This document shows, one piece after another, positions 1 through 8,524 of a DNA stretch of 64,000 bases. The stretch comes from Acholeplasma sp. (lineage in GTDB: Bacteria > Bacillota_I > Bacilli_A > Acholeplasmatales > UBA5453). The notes under the pieces were generated by a model. That model worked only from the letters and a program-made list of their open reading frames with translations, was not told the DNA's origin and did not search any database. The DNA lies in the NCBI GenBank assembly GCA_036677365.1, contig JAVBWN010000030.1, positions 32,001-96,000 of the forward strand, written 5' to 3'. Positions within the stretch are counted from its first letter, which is position 1; every line of letters starts with the position of its first letter. The position numbers and the translations under genes were made by a program.

Positions 1-846
1 GAAATCTTATACAAAAAAGTAGAAATTCAAACATTGTCAGCTCCAATCATTTCGGTCGATACTGAAAATGCTAAACGATTGACTTGGGAAGCTGTCGAAG
101 GTACAGATTACTATGAGGTTTATGTTAAACTTGGAGCGTACCTCAAATTAGTCGCTACGACAGAAGAAAACTCTTTTGATGTATCTGTGGTTTCAGGATT
201 TAATGGTGTGAACGGTTATGTGGTTAAAGGCATCGGTCTTGCAACACATACAGACTCCATCAATTCAAATGTTGTTTTCATCGACCAAACAGTGGTGACT
301 ATGATGACTTTTGATGGCATGTCTGCGCCAGTAGTTATTACAAATGCAACAGATTACTTCAATCGTCGTAATTTAACTGATGCATCTAAATTAGGCAACT
401 ACTTATACTTAGTTACCGACATTAAGGCTGTTGAAGCATGGAGCGGAATTTACACAGAAGCGTTTGGTACAGTCGTCGTTCTAGATGCCAACTATCAAGC
501 GAAATTCGTCAGAAATATCCTCGCAAAACAAACTTATATCAAAGGTACAGGTTGGTTTGATGATGCAACATATGCCGCAAACAGTGCACAATTGGTCGGT
601 TTAGGCGCTCAATTGGCTGAAGGCGATATGTTACTCATTGGTAAAAATGGTCTAACTGTATCCACAGTTGTCAATGGCAATGCTGCAACAGTAGCCGCTA
701 GAGATTTCATCGCTTACCATTTTGTCAATCCATGGGTTAAATTCCCAGCAACCACAGCAAGTGCTGCAGATGGCGGTTGGAGAGCACCAATGACAAGTTT
801 CAAAGATGCATCTACAACAGTAGTCGCATTTGCACAAACTGTATAA
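1..846 (+). CDS. C-terminal part of a probable extracellular protein with an FN3-like module (5'-truncated by window edge)
   Basis: Frame 1 is open from base 1 (EILYKKVEIQTLSAP...). LSAPIISVD...LTWEAVEGTDYYEVYV resembles an FN3/Ig-like module. Function not assignable. Confidence 0.7.
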   Translation, partial: EILYKKVEIQTLSAPIISVDTENAKRLTWEAVEGTDYYEVYVKLGAYLKLVATTEENSFDVSVVSGFNGVNGYVVKGIGLATHTDSINSNVVFIDQTVVTMMTFDGMSAPVVITNATDYFNRRNLTDASKLGNYLYLVTDIKAVEAWSGIYTEAFGTVVVLDANYQAKFVRNILAKQTYIKGTGWFDDATYAANSAQLVGLGAQLAEGDMLLIGKNGLTVSTVVNGNAATVAARDFIAYHFVNPWVKFPATTASAADGGWRAPMTSFKDASTTVVAFAQTV

Positions 847-868
847 TACAAAACAAAATAAAACTTTT

Positions 869-905
869 GAACAAGCAACTTTGAGTTGCTTGTTCTTGTG
901 TTTTA
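869..905 (+). terminator. Probable intrinsic terminator
   Basis: Perfect 12-bp stem GAACAAGCAACT-ttg-AGTTGCTTGTTC (869-895), then TTGTGTTTT, just after the stop at 846. Confidence 0.75.
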
Positions 906-919
906 TAGGAGGACCCCCA

Positions 920-1585
920 ATGTCTTTTTTTGAACGGTATGTAAATTCAAAATTTTATATGTATACCGATATTTTCTTCAAAATCTTACTGCTAAATTTC
1001 TATATGATCCTGACAATAATCATCGGGTTTTTCATCTTTGGATTACCACTGGCCATCTCTTCAGGAGCAATCACTTTAAGCATGGTTTTGAAGAAAACAT
1101 CGACGGAAGTGACGAATACCTATTTCACATTGTTAAAAAAAACATACATTAAAGTCATCATAAAAGGCCTTATTTACCAGTTAATCCTTATGGTTTTGGG
1201 ATTCAATGCTGTGTTTTTCTATACAGGACTTGAGCCATTCAGTTATTACTATTTCATAGGTTTTTTGATTAGTATATGGTTATTAGCATTTACAATGATT
1301 GCATTCTATCATGGGATGATATTATCTCTGATTTATAGAGTGCATTGGTTTTCAATCCTTAAGCACAGTTATATATTGACATTTGGATTTGGATTAAGAA
1401 GTATGTTCATGATGATGATTGGCCTTGTTTATGTTTTGATTGTCATTTGGATTCCAATTATAAGTCTACTACTTGGCTTAAGTGGCACCTTGTTGCTGGC
1501 CACATGGATACTGGACAAACCATATCAAACAATCGATAATTTGAAGACAGATTTATTAGAATGTATAGAGACTTACTTACAGTAA
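920..1585 (+). CDS. YesL/DUF624-like membrane protein associated with sugar ABC loci
   Basis: AGGAGG RBS before ATG 920 (ORF-track start 830 lies upstream of the terminator); about 5 hydrophobic segments; LNFYMIL...FFIFGLPLA pattern; sugar-locus context. Confidence 0.7.
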   Translation: MSFFERYVNSKFYMYTDIFFKILLLNFYMILTIIIGFFIFGLPLAISSGAITLSMVLKKTSTEVTNTYFTLLKKTYIKVIIKGLIYQLILMVLGFNAVFFYTGLEPFSYYYFIGFLISIWLLAFTMIAFYHGMILSLIYRVHWFSILKHSYILTFGFGLRSMFMMMIGLVYVLIVIWIPIISLLLGLSGTLLLATWILDKPYQTIDNLKTDLLECIETYLQ

Positions 1586-1598
1586 GGTATGAATACTT

Positions 1599-1650
1599 AC
1601 TTGACTAGTCAAGTTTAAAATGCTATACTATTTTTGAATTGACTATACAA
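1599..1650. promoter_or_regulatory. Two candidate repressor operators
   Basis: Perfect 16-bp palindrome ACTTGACTAGTCAAGT (1599-1614) over the -35, and a degenerate copy TTGACTATACAA (1639-1650) downstream of the -10. Confidence 0.7.
1601..1629 (+). promoter_or_regulatory. Sigma-70/A promoter of the glycan uptake operon
   Basis: TTGACT (1601-1606), 17-bp spacer, extended -10 TGcTATACT (1621-1629). Confidence 0.8.
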
Positions 1651-1670
1651 CCTATAATTTGAGGTAAAAC

Positions 1671-4544
1671 ATGAAAAAAATCGTTACACTATTGCTGCTC
1701 ATTACAATACCTATGGGGCTACTTTTAACCCAACCGAAACAGGTAAGCGCTTCACATACGAGCTATGAGCAATCCATTTTTAATCTTCAAGAAGTCACAT
1801 CATCAGTCACTTATGGCACTTACAAAGAAAATCATCCAAAAGTTTATCCAAATCAATCCATTCAAGTCGATTTGGATGTTTTTACATACACTGGAGGACT
1901 TGTTGAAGAAGAAGCCCCATATCTCTCATATTTTATGGACGATTTAGGTGAAAGTAATTTAGGTATTTATATTCCTGAATCTGGTGATATTACTTTTTAT
2001 GTGAATGTTCCGACCACAGGATATTATCAAATGGGCGTAAAGTATTTCTCCATTCAAGGTCGTAGCTCAACCATTCAAAAAGGCATAAAAATTAATGGTG
2101 AATACCCATTTATTGAAGCCGAAAGTATCTCTTTACTTCGTTTTTTTAAGGATGCTTACCCAGTATCACAAGACCGTGAGCCTGGAAAATCTGATGTTCG
2201 TCCTAAACAAATTGAAACGCATCTTTGGACTGAAGACACATTTAAAGACCGTGTTGGTTATTACAATGAAGCCTATTATTTCCATTTTCAGCAAGGCAAC
2301 AATACAATCACTCTAACCAGTAAACGTGAACCAGTTGTTATCGGTGGAATGAAATTATTCCAAGCCCCACAATTAAAATCATATGATGAGTATTATTTGA
2401 ATCTTAGTCAACAAGGGGTAATCGTTCAAGATAATCATTACACAATTGAAGCTGAGGAGGCCAATTTAAAGAGTTCACCATCATTAAATCCAATTGCTGA
2501 ATATTCAACCATGAAATTCAGTCCATATGAATCCTTTATCACTCGATATAATGCAATTGGTGGAAACAACTGGCGAATTGCTGGCGATGAAATCACTTGG
2601 CGAGTCCAAGTCAATCAAAGTGGTTTTTATAAAATTACGTTTAAAGCAATGCAAAACTTCTCGAATGGACAAAGTTCGACAAGAACGTTAAAAATCAATG
2701 GGGAAGTCCCCTTCAAAGAAGCACTACAACTAGAATTTAAATACAATTCTAATCTCCAATACGTGACTTTAGGTAATCAAAAGTCTCCGATGTATGTCTA
2801 CCTAGTAGCAGGTCAAAATGAGATCACCCTTCAAGCAAATATTGGCACATATGGTGATATTGTGCAACGCGTCAATGTATTGATTCAATCATTCAGAACT
2901 TTTTATCGTGAAGTTGTCATGCGTACTGGATTGAATCCGGATCCATATCAAGACTATTTATTGAATCGTTATATCCATAACTTTAATCAAAGACTGGTCC
3001 ATTTTGAAGATGAACTCAAAGCCATTAAATCAGAAATCATTCAAATCTCTGGTGGTCGAAGTTCTTTGATATCACCATTTGATCGAACCTTAAATCAAGT
3101 TAAAAAGTTTATGTCTGATGAGAAGAATGTGCAAAATGGTTTAAGAGAGTTTGAACAAAACATTTCTGCGCTGGGTGCTTGGGTTATTTCAATATCTGAA
3201 CAACCCTTAACACTAGATCAAATAATCATATCTGGGGATTCATATAAATTACCTAATATTAAAGTCAATGTTTTTGAAAAAATTTGGCACGAAATTACGT
3301 TGTTCTTTGGGTCATTTATGGACGATTCTGATTTAGGTTCGGGTGTTTCTGTCGATGGGCCAACGATTGAAGTATGGATTGGTACAGGACGAGATCAAAC
3401 CACATTATTGAGACAATTGATTGATGAATCATTTACTACCCAAGAGGGTATCAATGTAAAACTAAAGATGGTCAACATGGGTGTGCTATTACAAGCAACA
3501 CTTTCGGGCAATGGCCCAGATGTTGCTATTGGGGTTGATCAAAAGATGCCAGTCAACTGGGGCATTCGAAACGCCATCGTAGATTTAACGACGTTTAATG
3601 ACTTTGAAGAAGTTAAAAATCGTTTTAGTCCATCGGCTTTAGAAGCACTATCGTTTAATGGTCGTACCTATGCTTTACCCGATACCGAAGATTTCCTCGT
3701 GATGTTTTATCGAAAAGATATTTTAGAAAACATTGGTGTGAATCAAATCCCACAAACTTGGGATGAAGTCATCGATATATCACCCATTTTACAAAAACGT
3801 TATTTAGAGTTTTATGTTCCGGTATCACAAGGATCCTTATCAACCGTTTTGTATGCTATGATGCGTCAAAATGGTGGACAACTATACATCAACGGTGGCG
3901 AAGCCTCGGGGATGTTACAAAAACAAAACATCGATGCATTCCTTAGGTTCACGAGACTATTTTCCGATTATGGCTTTGCTTTAGAAGCGAATTTCGCCAA
4001 CCGGTTCAGAAGTGGCGAAATGCCAATCGGAATTGCGAATTACTCATTATACAATACACTCAGTGTGTTTGCACCAGAAATTGCTGGTCAATGGGATTAT
4101 GCATTGATACCTGGTGTTTATCGTGAGGGTGTTTTACACCAAGAAACCACATCAACAGTATCCTCAACGGTCATTATGAGTGCATCCAAACAAAAAGAAG
4201 CTTCATGGACATTTATGAAATGGTGGCTAAGTAAAGATACACAAGTGGATTATGCTCGGGGTATGGAAGCAATTATCGGTTCGGCTGCGCGATATCCGAC
4301 AGCTAATCTAGAGGCATTTGAGCAATTGCCATGGCCTATTAAAGACTATCTAATGTTAAAACTTCAACGTGAGAAAGCCGTAGGCATCCCTACAGTGCCT
4401 GGGGATTACATTGTTGGTCGCCACATTGATAATGCTTTTAGAGCAGTACTTAACAGCAATGTCTCACCTCAAGATGCACTATACCACTATCATTTAAAAA
4501 TTAATGAAGAAATCACTAGAAAGCGTAATGAATTAGGGCTATGA
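1671..4544 (+). CDS. Large multidomain extracellular solute-binding protein (two CBM-like beta-sandwich modules + family 1 sugar SBP)
   Basis: Signal peptide; duplicated motif ITFYVNVPTTGYYQMGVKY...KINGEYPF / ITWRVQVNQSGFYKITFKA...KINGEVPF; C-terminal SBP motifs GNGPDVA, GRTYALP, FYRKDIL, PQTWDE; adjacent permeases. Confidence 0.9.
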   Translation: MKKIVTLLLLITIPMGLLLTQPKQVSASHTSYEQSIFNLQEVTSSVTYGTYKENHPKVYPNQSIQVDLDVFTYTGGLVEEEAPYLSYFMDDLGESNLGIYIPESGDITFYVNVPTTGYYQMGVKYFSIQGRSSTIQKGIKINGEYPFIEAESISLLRFFKDAYPVSQDREPGKSDVRPKQIETHLWTEDTFKDRVGYYNEAYYFHFQQGNNTITLTSKREPVVIGGMKLFQAPQLKSYDEYYLNLSQQGVIVQDNHYTIEAEEANLKSSPSLNPIAEYSTMKFSPYESFITRYNAIGGNNWRIAGDEITWRVQVNQSGFYKITFKAMQNFSNGQSSTRTLKINGEVPFKEALQLEFKYNSNLQYVTLGNQKSPMYVYLVAGQNEITLQANIGTYGDIVQRVNVLIQSFRTFYREVVMRTGLNPDPYQDYLLNRYIHNFNQRLVHFEDELKAIKSEIIQISGGRSSLISPFDRTLNQVKKFMSDEKNVQNGLREFEQNISALGAWVISISEQPLTLDQIIISGDSYKLPNIKVNVFEKIWHEITLFFGSFMDDSDLGSGVSVDGPTIEVWIGTGRDQTTLLRQLIDESFTTQEGINVKLKMVNMGVLLQATLSGNGPDVAIGVDQKMPVNWGIRNAIVDLTTFNDFEEVKNRFSPSALEALSFNGRTYALPDTEDFLVMFYRKDILENIGVNQIPQTWDEVIDISPILQKRYLEFYVPVSQGSLSTVLYAMMRQNGGQLYINGGEASGMLQKQNIDAFLRFTRLFSDYGFALEANFANRFRSGEMPIGIANYSLYNTLSVFAPEIAGQWDYALIPGVYREGVLHQETTSTVSSTVIMSASKQKEASWTFMKWWLSKDTQVDYARGMEAIIGSAARYPTANLEAFEQLPWPIKDYLMLKLQREKAVGIPTVPGDYIVGRHIDNAFRAVLNSNVSPQDALYHYHLKINEEITRKRNELGL

Positions 4545-5461
4545 CAATCAATACAAAATTCAAACAATCGCTATTCAAACAAATGAAATCAAAACGCGTT
4601 TATTACGGCATGATGGCACCATTTTTATTGATATTTTTTACATTCACGATTTTACCTGTCATCATGAGTTTGTTTTTGAGTTTCACCACGTTTGATATGC
4701 TTAATCCACCCAAATGGGTGTGGTTGGAAAATTACATTACGTTATTATTGTATGATGACGTGTTCTTAATTGCATTGAGAAACACATTCATCCTAGCAAT
4801 CATTATTGGTCCCATCAGTTATGCTGCCTCATTCATATTTGCATGGCTCATCAACGAACTACCAGCCAAAATCCGTTGGATACTCACAGTGGTGTTTTAT
4901 GCACCATCCATCAGTGGATCTGCATTTTTGCTTTGGCAACTGATTTTCAATGGTGATATGTATGGGTATTTAAATGCATTTTTAATTAATTTGAATATCA
5001 TCGACGCACCGATTTTGTGGCTAAAAACGCCACAGTATGCACTGGTCATCATCATCATCGTGCAACTATGGTTGTCCTTAGGCATCAGCTTTCTCTCATT
5101 CGTCGCAGGTTTACAAACTGTCGACAAGTCACTTTATGAAGCGGCAGCTATTGATGGTATTAAGAATCGTTGGCAAGAGTTATGGTACGTCACTTTACCA
5201 CAAATGATGCCTCAATTGATGTTTGGTGCGTTGATGCAAATCACATCTTCCTTTGGTATCGCTTCTGTATCGACGCAATTGTTGGGTTTCCCTTCAGTGG
5301 AATACAGTGGACATACCATTGTCACCCACCTAATCGATTTTGGTGCAGGCTCACAACGCATGGAACTTGGGTACGCCAGTGCGATTGCAACCATTTTGTT
5401 TCTCATTATGATGGTGGCAAACTTAGGTGTCCAAAAAATCTTAAGAAGGGTAGGTACTTAG
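4541..5461 (+). CDS. Carbohydrate ABC transporter permease (MalF/UgpA type)
   Basis: EAA loop LYEAAAIDG; 6-TM pattern; ATGA overlap with SBP. Confidence 0.95.
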   Translation: MTINTKFKQSLFKQMKSKRVYYGMMAPFLLIFFTFTILPVIMSLFLSFTTFDMLNPPKWVWLENYITLLLYDDVFLIALRNTFILAIIIGPISYAASFIFAWLINELPAKIRWILTVVFYAPSISGSAFLLWQLIFNGDMYGYLNAFLINLNIIDAPILWLKTPQYALVIIIIVQLWLSLGISFLSFVAGLQTVDKSLYEAAAIDGIKNRWQELWYVTLPQMMPQLMFGALMQITSSFGIASVSTQLLGFPSVEYSGHTIVTHLIDFGAGSQRMELGYASAIATILFLIMMVANLGVQKILRRVGT

Positions 5462-5462
5462 G

Positions 5463-6380
5463 ATGGATGCTCAAGACTTATCGAAATTAAGACAAATAAA
5501 ACTTAAGAATATCAAACGAAAGAAAGCCACTAAAAAAGGCAAAAAACGTTTGAGTCGCTCTTGGCAAGGTGATTTCGCACTCAGTATTTTGTTGATAGGT
5601 TTTGGTTTATTTAGCGCGTATCCGTTGGTTTTCACGATTGCGAATGCATTCAAACCACTCGATGAAATTTTCTTATTTCCACCACGACTATTCCCTAGAA
5701 ACTTCACATTTGACAACTTTACTGATTTATTTAATTTGATTGGTAATACCAGAATCCCAATTTCAAGGTATTTCTATAACACCATTTTCATTACTGTTAT
5801 CGGTGTTTCAGGGCATGTTTTGTTGGCTGCCTTAGCGGCATACCCTTTAGCAAAGCATAAGTTTCCTGGCAAAGCATTGATCAATCAGTTGATTGTCTAC
5901 TCTTTGATGTTTTCAAGTTTAGTTACGGCTGTACCCAATTATTTGGTCATTTCCTGGTTAGGCTTGATTGATACCCATTTAGCCATCATTATCCCTTCAT
6001 GGGGATTCACATTAGGCTTGTTTTTAATGAGACAATTTATGGTAACTATACCAACAGAGTTGCTCGAAGCAGCAAAAATGGATGGCGCAGGGGAATATCG
6101 TGTATTTTTCAAAGTGGTGATGCCGTTGGTGAAACCTGCTTGGTTAACCGTCATTATATTGCTGTTTCAACAACTGTGGTCAACCGATGGTGGTTCATAC
6201 ATTTTCACAGAAAATCTCAAACCGCTATCATTTGCTTTACAACAAATCGTTTCTGGTGGAATCGCACGAACCGGGGCATCTGCCGCGGTCGCTTTACTGA
6301 TGTTGGTTGTCCCAATTTCAGTATTCATCATCAGCCAATCTCGAATCATCGATACCATGGCTCATTCTGGAATAAAGTAG
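5463..6380 (+). CDS. Carbohydrate ABC transporter permease (MalG/UgpE type)
   Basis: IPTELLEAAKMDGA EAA loop; AAYPLAKHKFPGK. Confidence 0.95.
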   Translation: MDAQDLSKLRQIKLKNIKRKKATKKGKKRLSRSWQGDFALSILLIGFGLFSAYPLVFTIANAFKPLDEIFLFPPRLFPRNFTFDNFTDLFNLIGNTRIPISRYFYNTIFITVIGVSGHVLLAALAAYPLAKHKFPGKALINQLIVYSLMFSSLVTAVPNYLVISWLGLIDTHLAIIIPSWGFTLGLFLMRQFMVTIPTELLEAAKMDGAGEYRVFFKVVMPLVKPAWLTVIILLFQQLWSTDGGSYIFTENLKPLSFALQQIVSGGIARTGASAAVALLMLVVPISVFIISQSRIIDTMAHSGIK

Positions 6381-6389
6381 GTGAAACCA

Positions 6390-7826
6390 ATGAAAAAAAT
6401 ATATATATTGGTTTTATTAATTTTGGGGACCCTGACTTTTACAGTAAACATAAAGGCATCATACAACTATGCCTATTGGGATAGTATTGATTCTGCTGAA
6501 GCAACACACGTTGTGAGAGTTGTTGATAATTCCAATATCATGGATACTCTAGGTAACATCAAACCCATTCAAATGGGAGATTTAAGGGATGTATTTGCAT
6601 ACAATAATCACTTATATGTATCGGATGCAACAAACAACAAAATTCATATTTTCAATCAATCATTTGAATACGTTAAATCGCTACCTCAAGACATAGATGC
6701 AGAAGGTACACTAAATAACCCACAAGGGATTCATGTATTCAACGGTTTATTGTATGTGGCTGACTACAACAATAATCGTATTGCAATATTCGATTTAAGC
6801 ACTGAACTGATGGTTCAGGAAGTCAAGAATCCAAATGATGCGATATTTGATACACTGACATTCAAACCATTAAAAGTCACTGTTGATCGAACAGGTAGAA
6901 TGAATGTCATTGCCTATGATGTCTATGAAGGTATTATGGAGTTTGACATCGATGGTAATTTCAATCGTTATTTTGGAACGAATACCATCAAATTATCTGT
7001 TTTAGATGCTTTGATTTATCGGTTTTCTACAAAAGAACAAAGAGATAAAATGGCTCTTAAGCTTCAAACATCCTTTACGTCGATGGATATCGACCAAGAC
7101 GGGTATATTTATACCGCTTCACGTTTAGAGTATTGGGCACCGATTAAAAAACTCAACTTTAAAGGACGAAACATTCTTGAAACAAATGGCTATGTGCCTA
7201 TTGTTGGGGATGCGAAGTTTCAAGATACAGACACAAGAACCATCGTAGGACCGTCATCTATTATTGATGTAGCAGTGCATGCAGATAATGAACGTTATTC
7301 GATATTAGACAACAAGCGAGGACGTATTTTCACTTACGATGTGGATGGGCATTTATTGTACATATCCGGTGGGATTGGTACTGAACAAAACAAACTATCT
7401 GGACCAACAGCCATCACCTATTTTGGTGAATTAATGATTGTAACGGATAATGTTTCAAAAAGTATACTTGTTTTTGAACCGATTGCATTTGGTACAAAAA
7501 TTAACCAAGCCATTGCTCAATATTACGACATGGATTATCTAGCGGCTAGAGAAACATGGCAAGAAGTCCTCAAGATGAATTCAAATTACTTCTTGGCTTA
7601 TGCTGGTATTGGACGTGCTGAACTACGTGAAGGTAACTATAAAGATGCCATGGTTAGCCTAAAACGTGGGTATGATTATTATAATTATTCAAAAGCTTAT
7701 GAGCAGTATAGAAATGAATCTTTAGCCAAAACATTGCCTTACATACTGGTAAGTGGATTCGTATTGTTTAGTTTTTTCATTGGGAAATCCGTTAAGAATG
7801 CAATCAAGAGAGAAGGAGATGATTAA
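6390..7826 (+). CDS. NHL-repeat beta-propeller + TPR protein with signal peptide and C-terminal TM anchor
   Basis: LNNPQGIHV..GLLYVADYNNNRIAIFD NHL repeats; WQEVLKMNSNYFLAYAGIGRA TPR; hydrophobic C-terminus; AGGTG RBS favours ATG 6390. Confidence 0.85.
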   Translation: MKKIYILVLLILGTLTFTVNIKASYNYAYWDSIDSAEATHVVRVVDNSNIMDTLGNIKPIQMGDLRDVFAYNNHLYVSDATNNKIHIFNQSFEYVKSLPQDIDAEGTLNNPQGIHVFNGLLYVADYNNNRIAIFDLSTELMVQEVKNPNDAIFDTLTFKPLKVTVDRTGRMNVIAYDVYEGIMEFDIDGNFNRYFGTNTIKLSVLDALIYRFSTKEQRDKMALKLQTSFTSMDIDQDGYIYTASRLEYWAPIKKLNFKGRNILETNGYVPIVGDAKFQDTDTRTIVGPSSIIDVAVHADNERYSILDNKRGRIFTYDVDGHLLYISGGIGTEQNKLSGPTAITYFGELMIVTDNVSKSILVFEPIAFGTKINQAIAQYYDMDYLAARETWQEVLKMNSNYFLAYAGIGRAELREGNYKDAMVSLKRGYDYYNYSKAYEQYRNESLAKTLPYILVSGFVLFSFFIGKSVKNAIKREGDD

Positions 7827-7829
7827 TCT

Positions 7830-8516
7830 ATGACTATGAATTCAATCAAAAACAAAATTAAAAGCATCGATTATCACGGCTTCTTTCAACAAATCATTCA
7901 GGATTATGTTAAGTTTCCACTCTATATTTTGACTCACCCATTCAAAGGGTATGATGATTTTAAGCTAGAAAACAAAGGCAAAATTTCTGTGGCATTAACC
8001 TATTTACTCCTGTTAGTCATCACGAACGCATTCAGCGTTACTGCCTCTGGTTTTTTAGTATCTGCCCCATATATTGAGAATTTTTCCATCATCAGGACTT
8101 TCTTCCTAGTGGTTGTACCAGTTGTCCTAATCACCATTGGCAACTGGTCAATCACCTCCTTATTTGAAGGTAAAGGAAAAATGATCGAGATATTCAAAGT
8201 CATTTGCTATTCAATCATCCCATTGGTTTGGATTGGGATTCCAATGACGATATTATCAAACTTTCTCATTCAAGAAGAATTGGCAATTTATACAGCAATG
8301 AATGGCATAGCCGTCTTTTTCGTTGGATATATGGCCCTTTTTGGGTTATTGGTAATTCATGAATATGGATTACTCAAAACCATCATTACGATTGCATTTA
8401 CGGCAATAGCAGTAGCACTTATCATATTCATAGGTTTACTGATATTGACATTATTCCAACAATTGTATGGATTCATCATTCAAGTTTATGAAGAATTCAT
8501 CATGCGGTTATCTTAG
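7830..8516 (+). CDS. Yip1-domain membrane protein
   Basis: ILTHPFKGYDD followed by about 5 TM helices; FEGKGKM.EIF...CYS.IP typical of bacterial Yip1 proteins in these loci. Confidence 0.8.
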   Translation: MTMNSIKNKIKSIDYHGFFQQIIQDYVKFPLYILTHPFKGYDDFKLENKGKISVALTYLLLLVITNAFSVTASGFLVSAPYIENFSIIRTFFLVVVPVVLITIGNWSITSLFEGKGKMIEIFKVICYSIIPLVWIGIPMTILSNFLIQEELAIYTAMNGIAVFFVGYMALFGLLVIHEYGLLKTIITIAFTAIAVALIIFIGLLILTLFQQLYGFIIQVYEEFIMRLS

Positions 8517-8524
8517 GAGGGTCT

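Noticed and set aside
830..919. Longest-ORF starts from the track (830; also 18223, 23056, 37939, 48488, 51564, 52370, 52914)
   Set aside because: Downstream ATGs have better RBS or conserved N-termini, and the extensions run through terminators, promoters, leaders or upstream genes.
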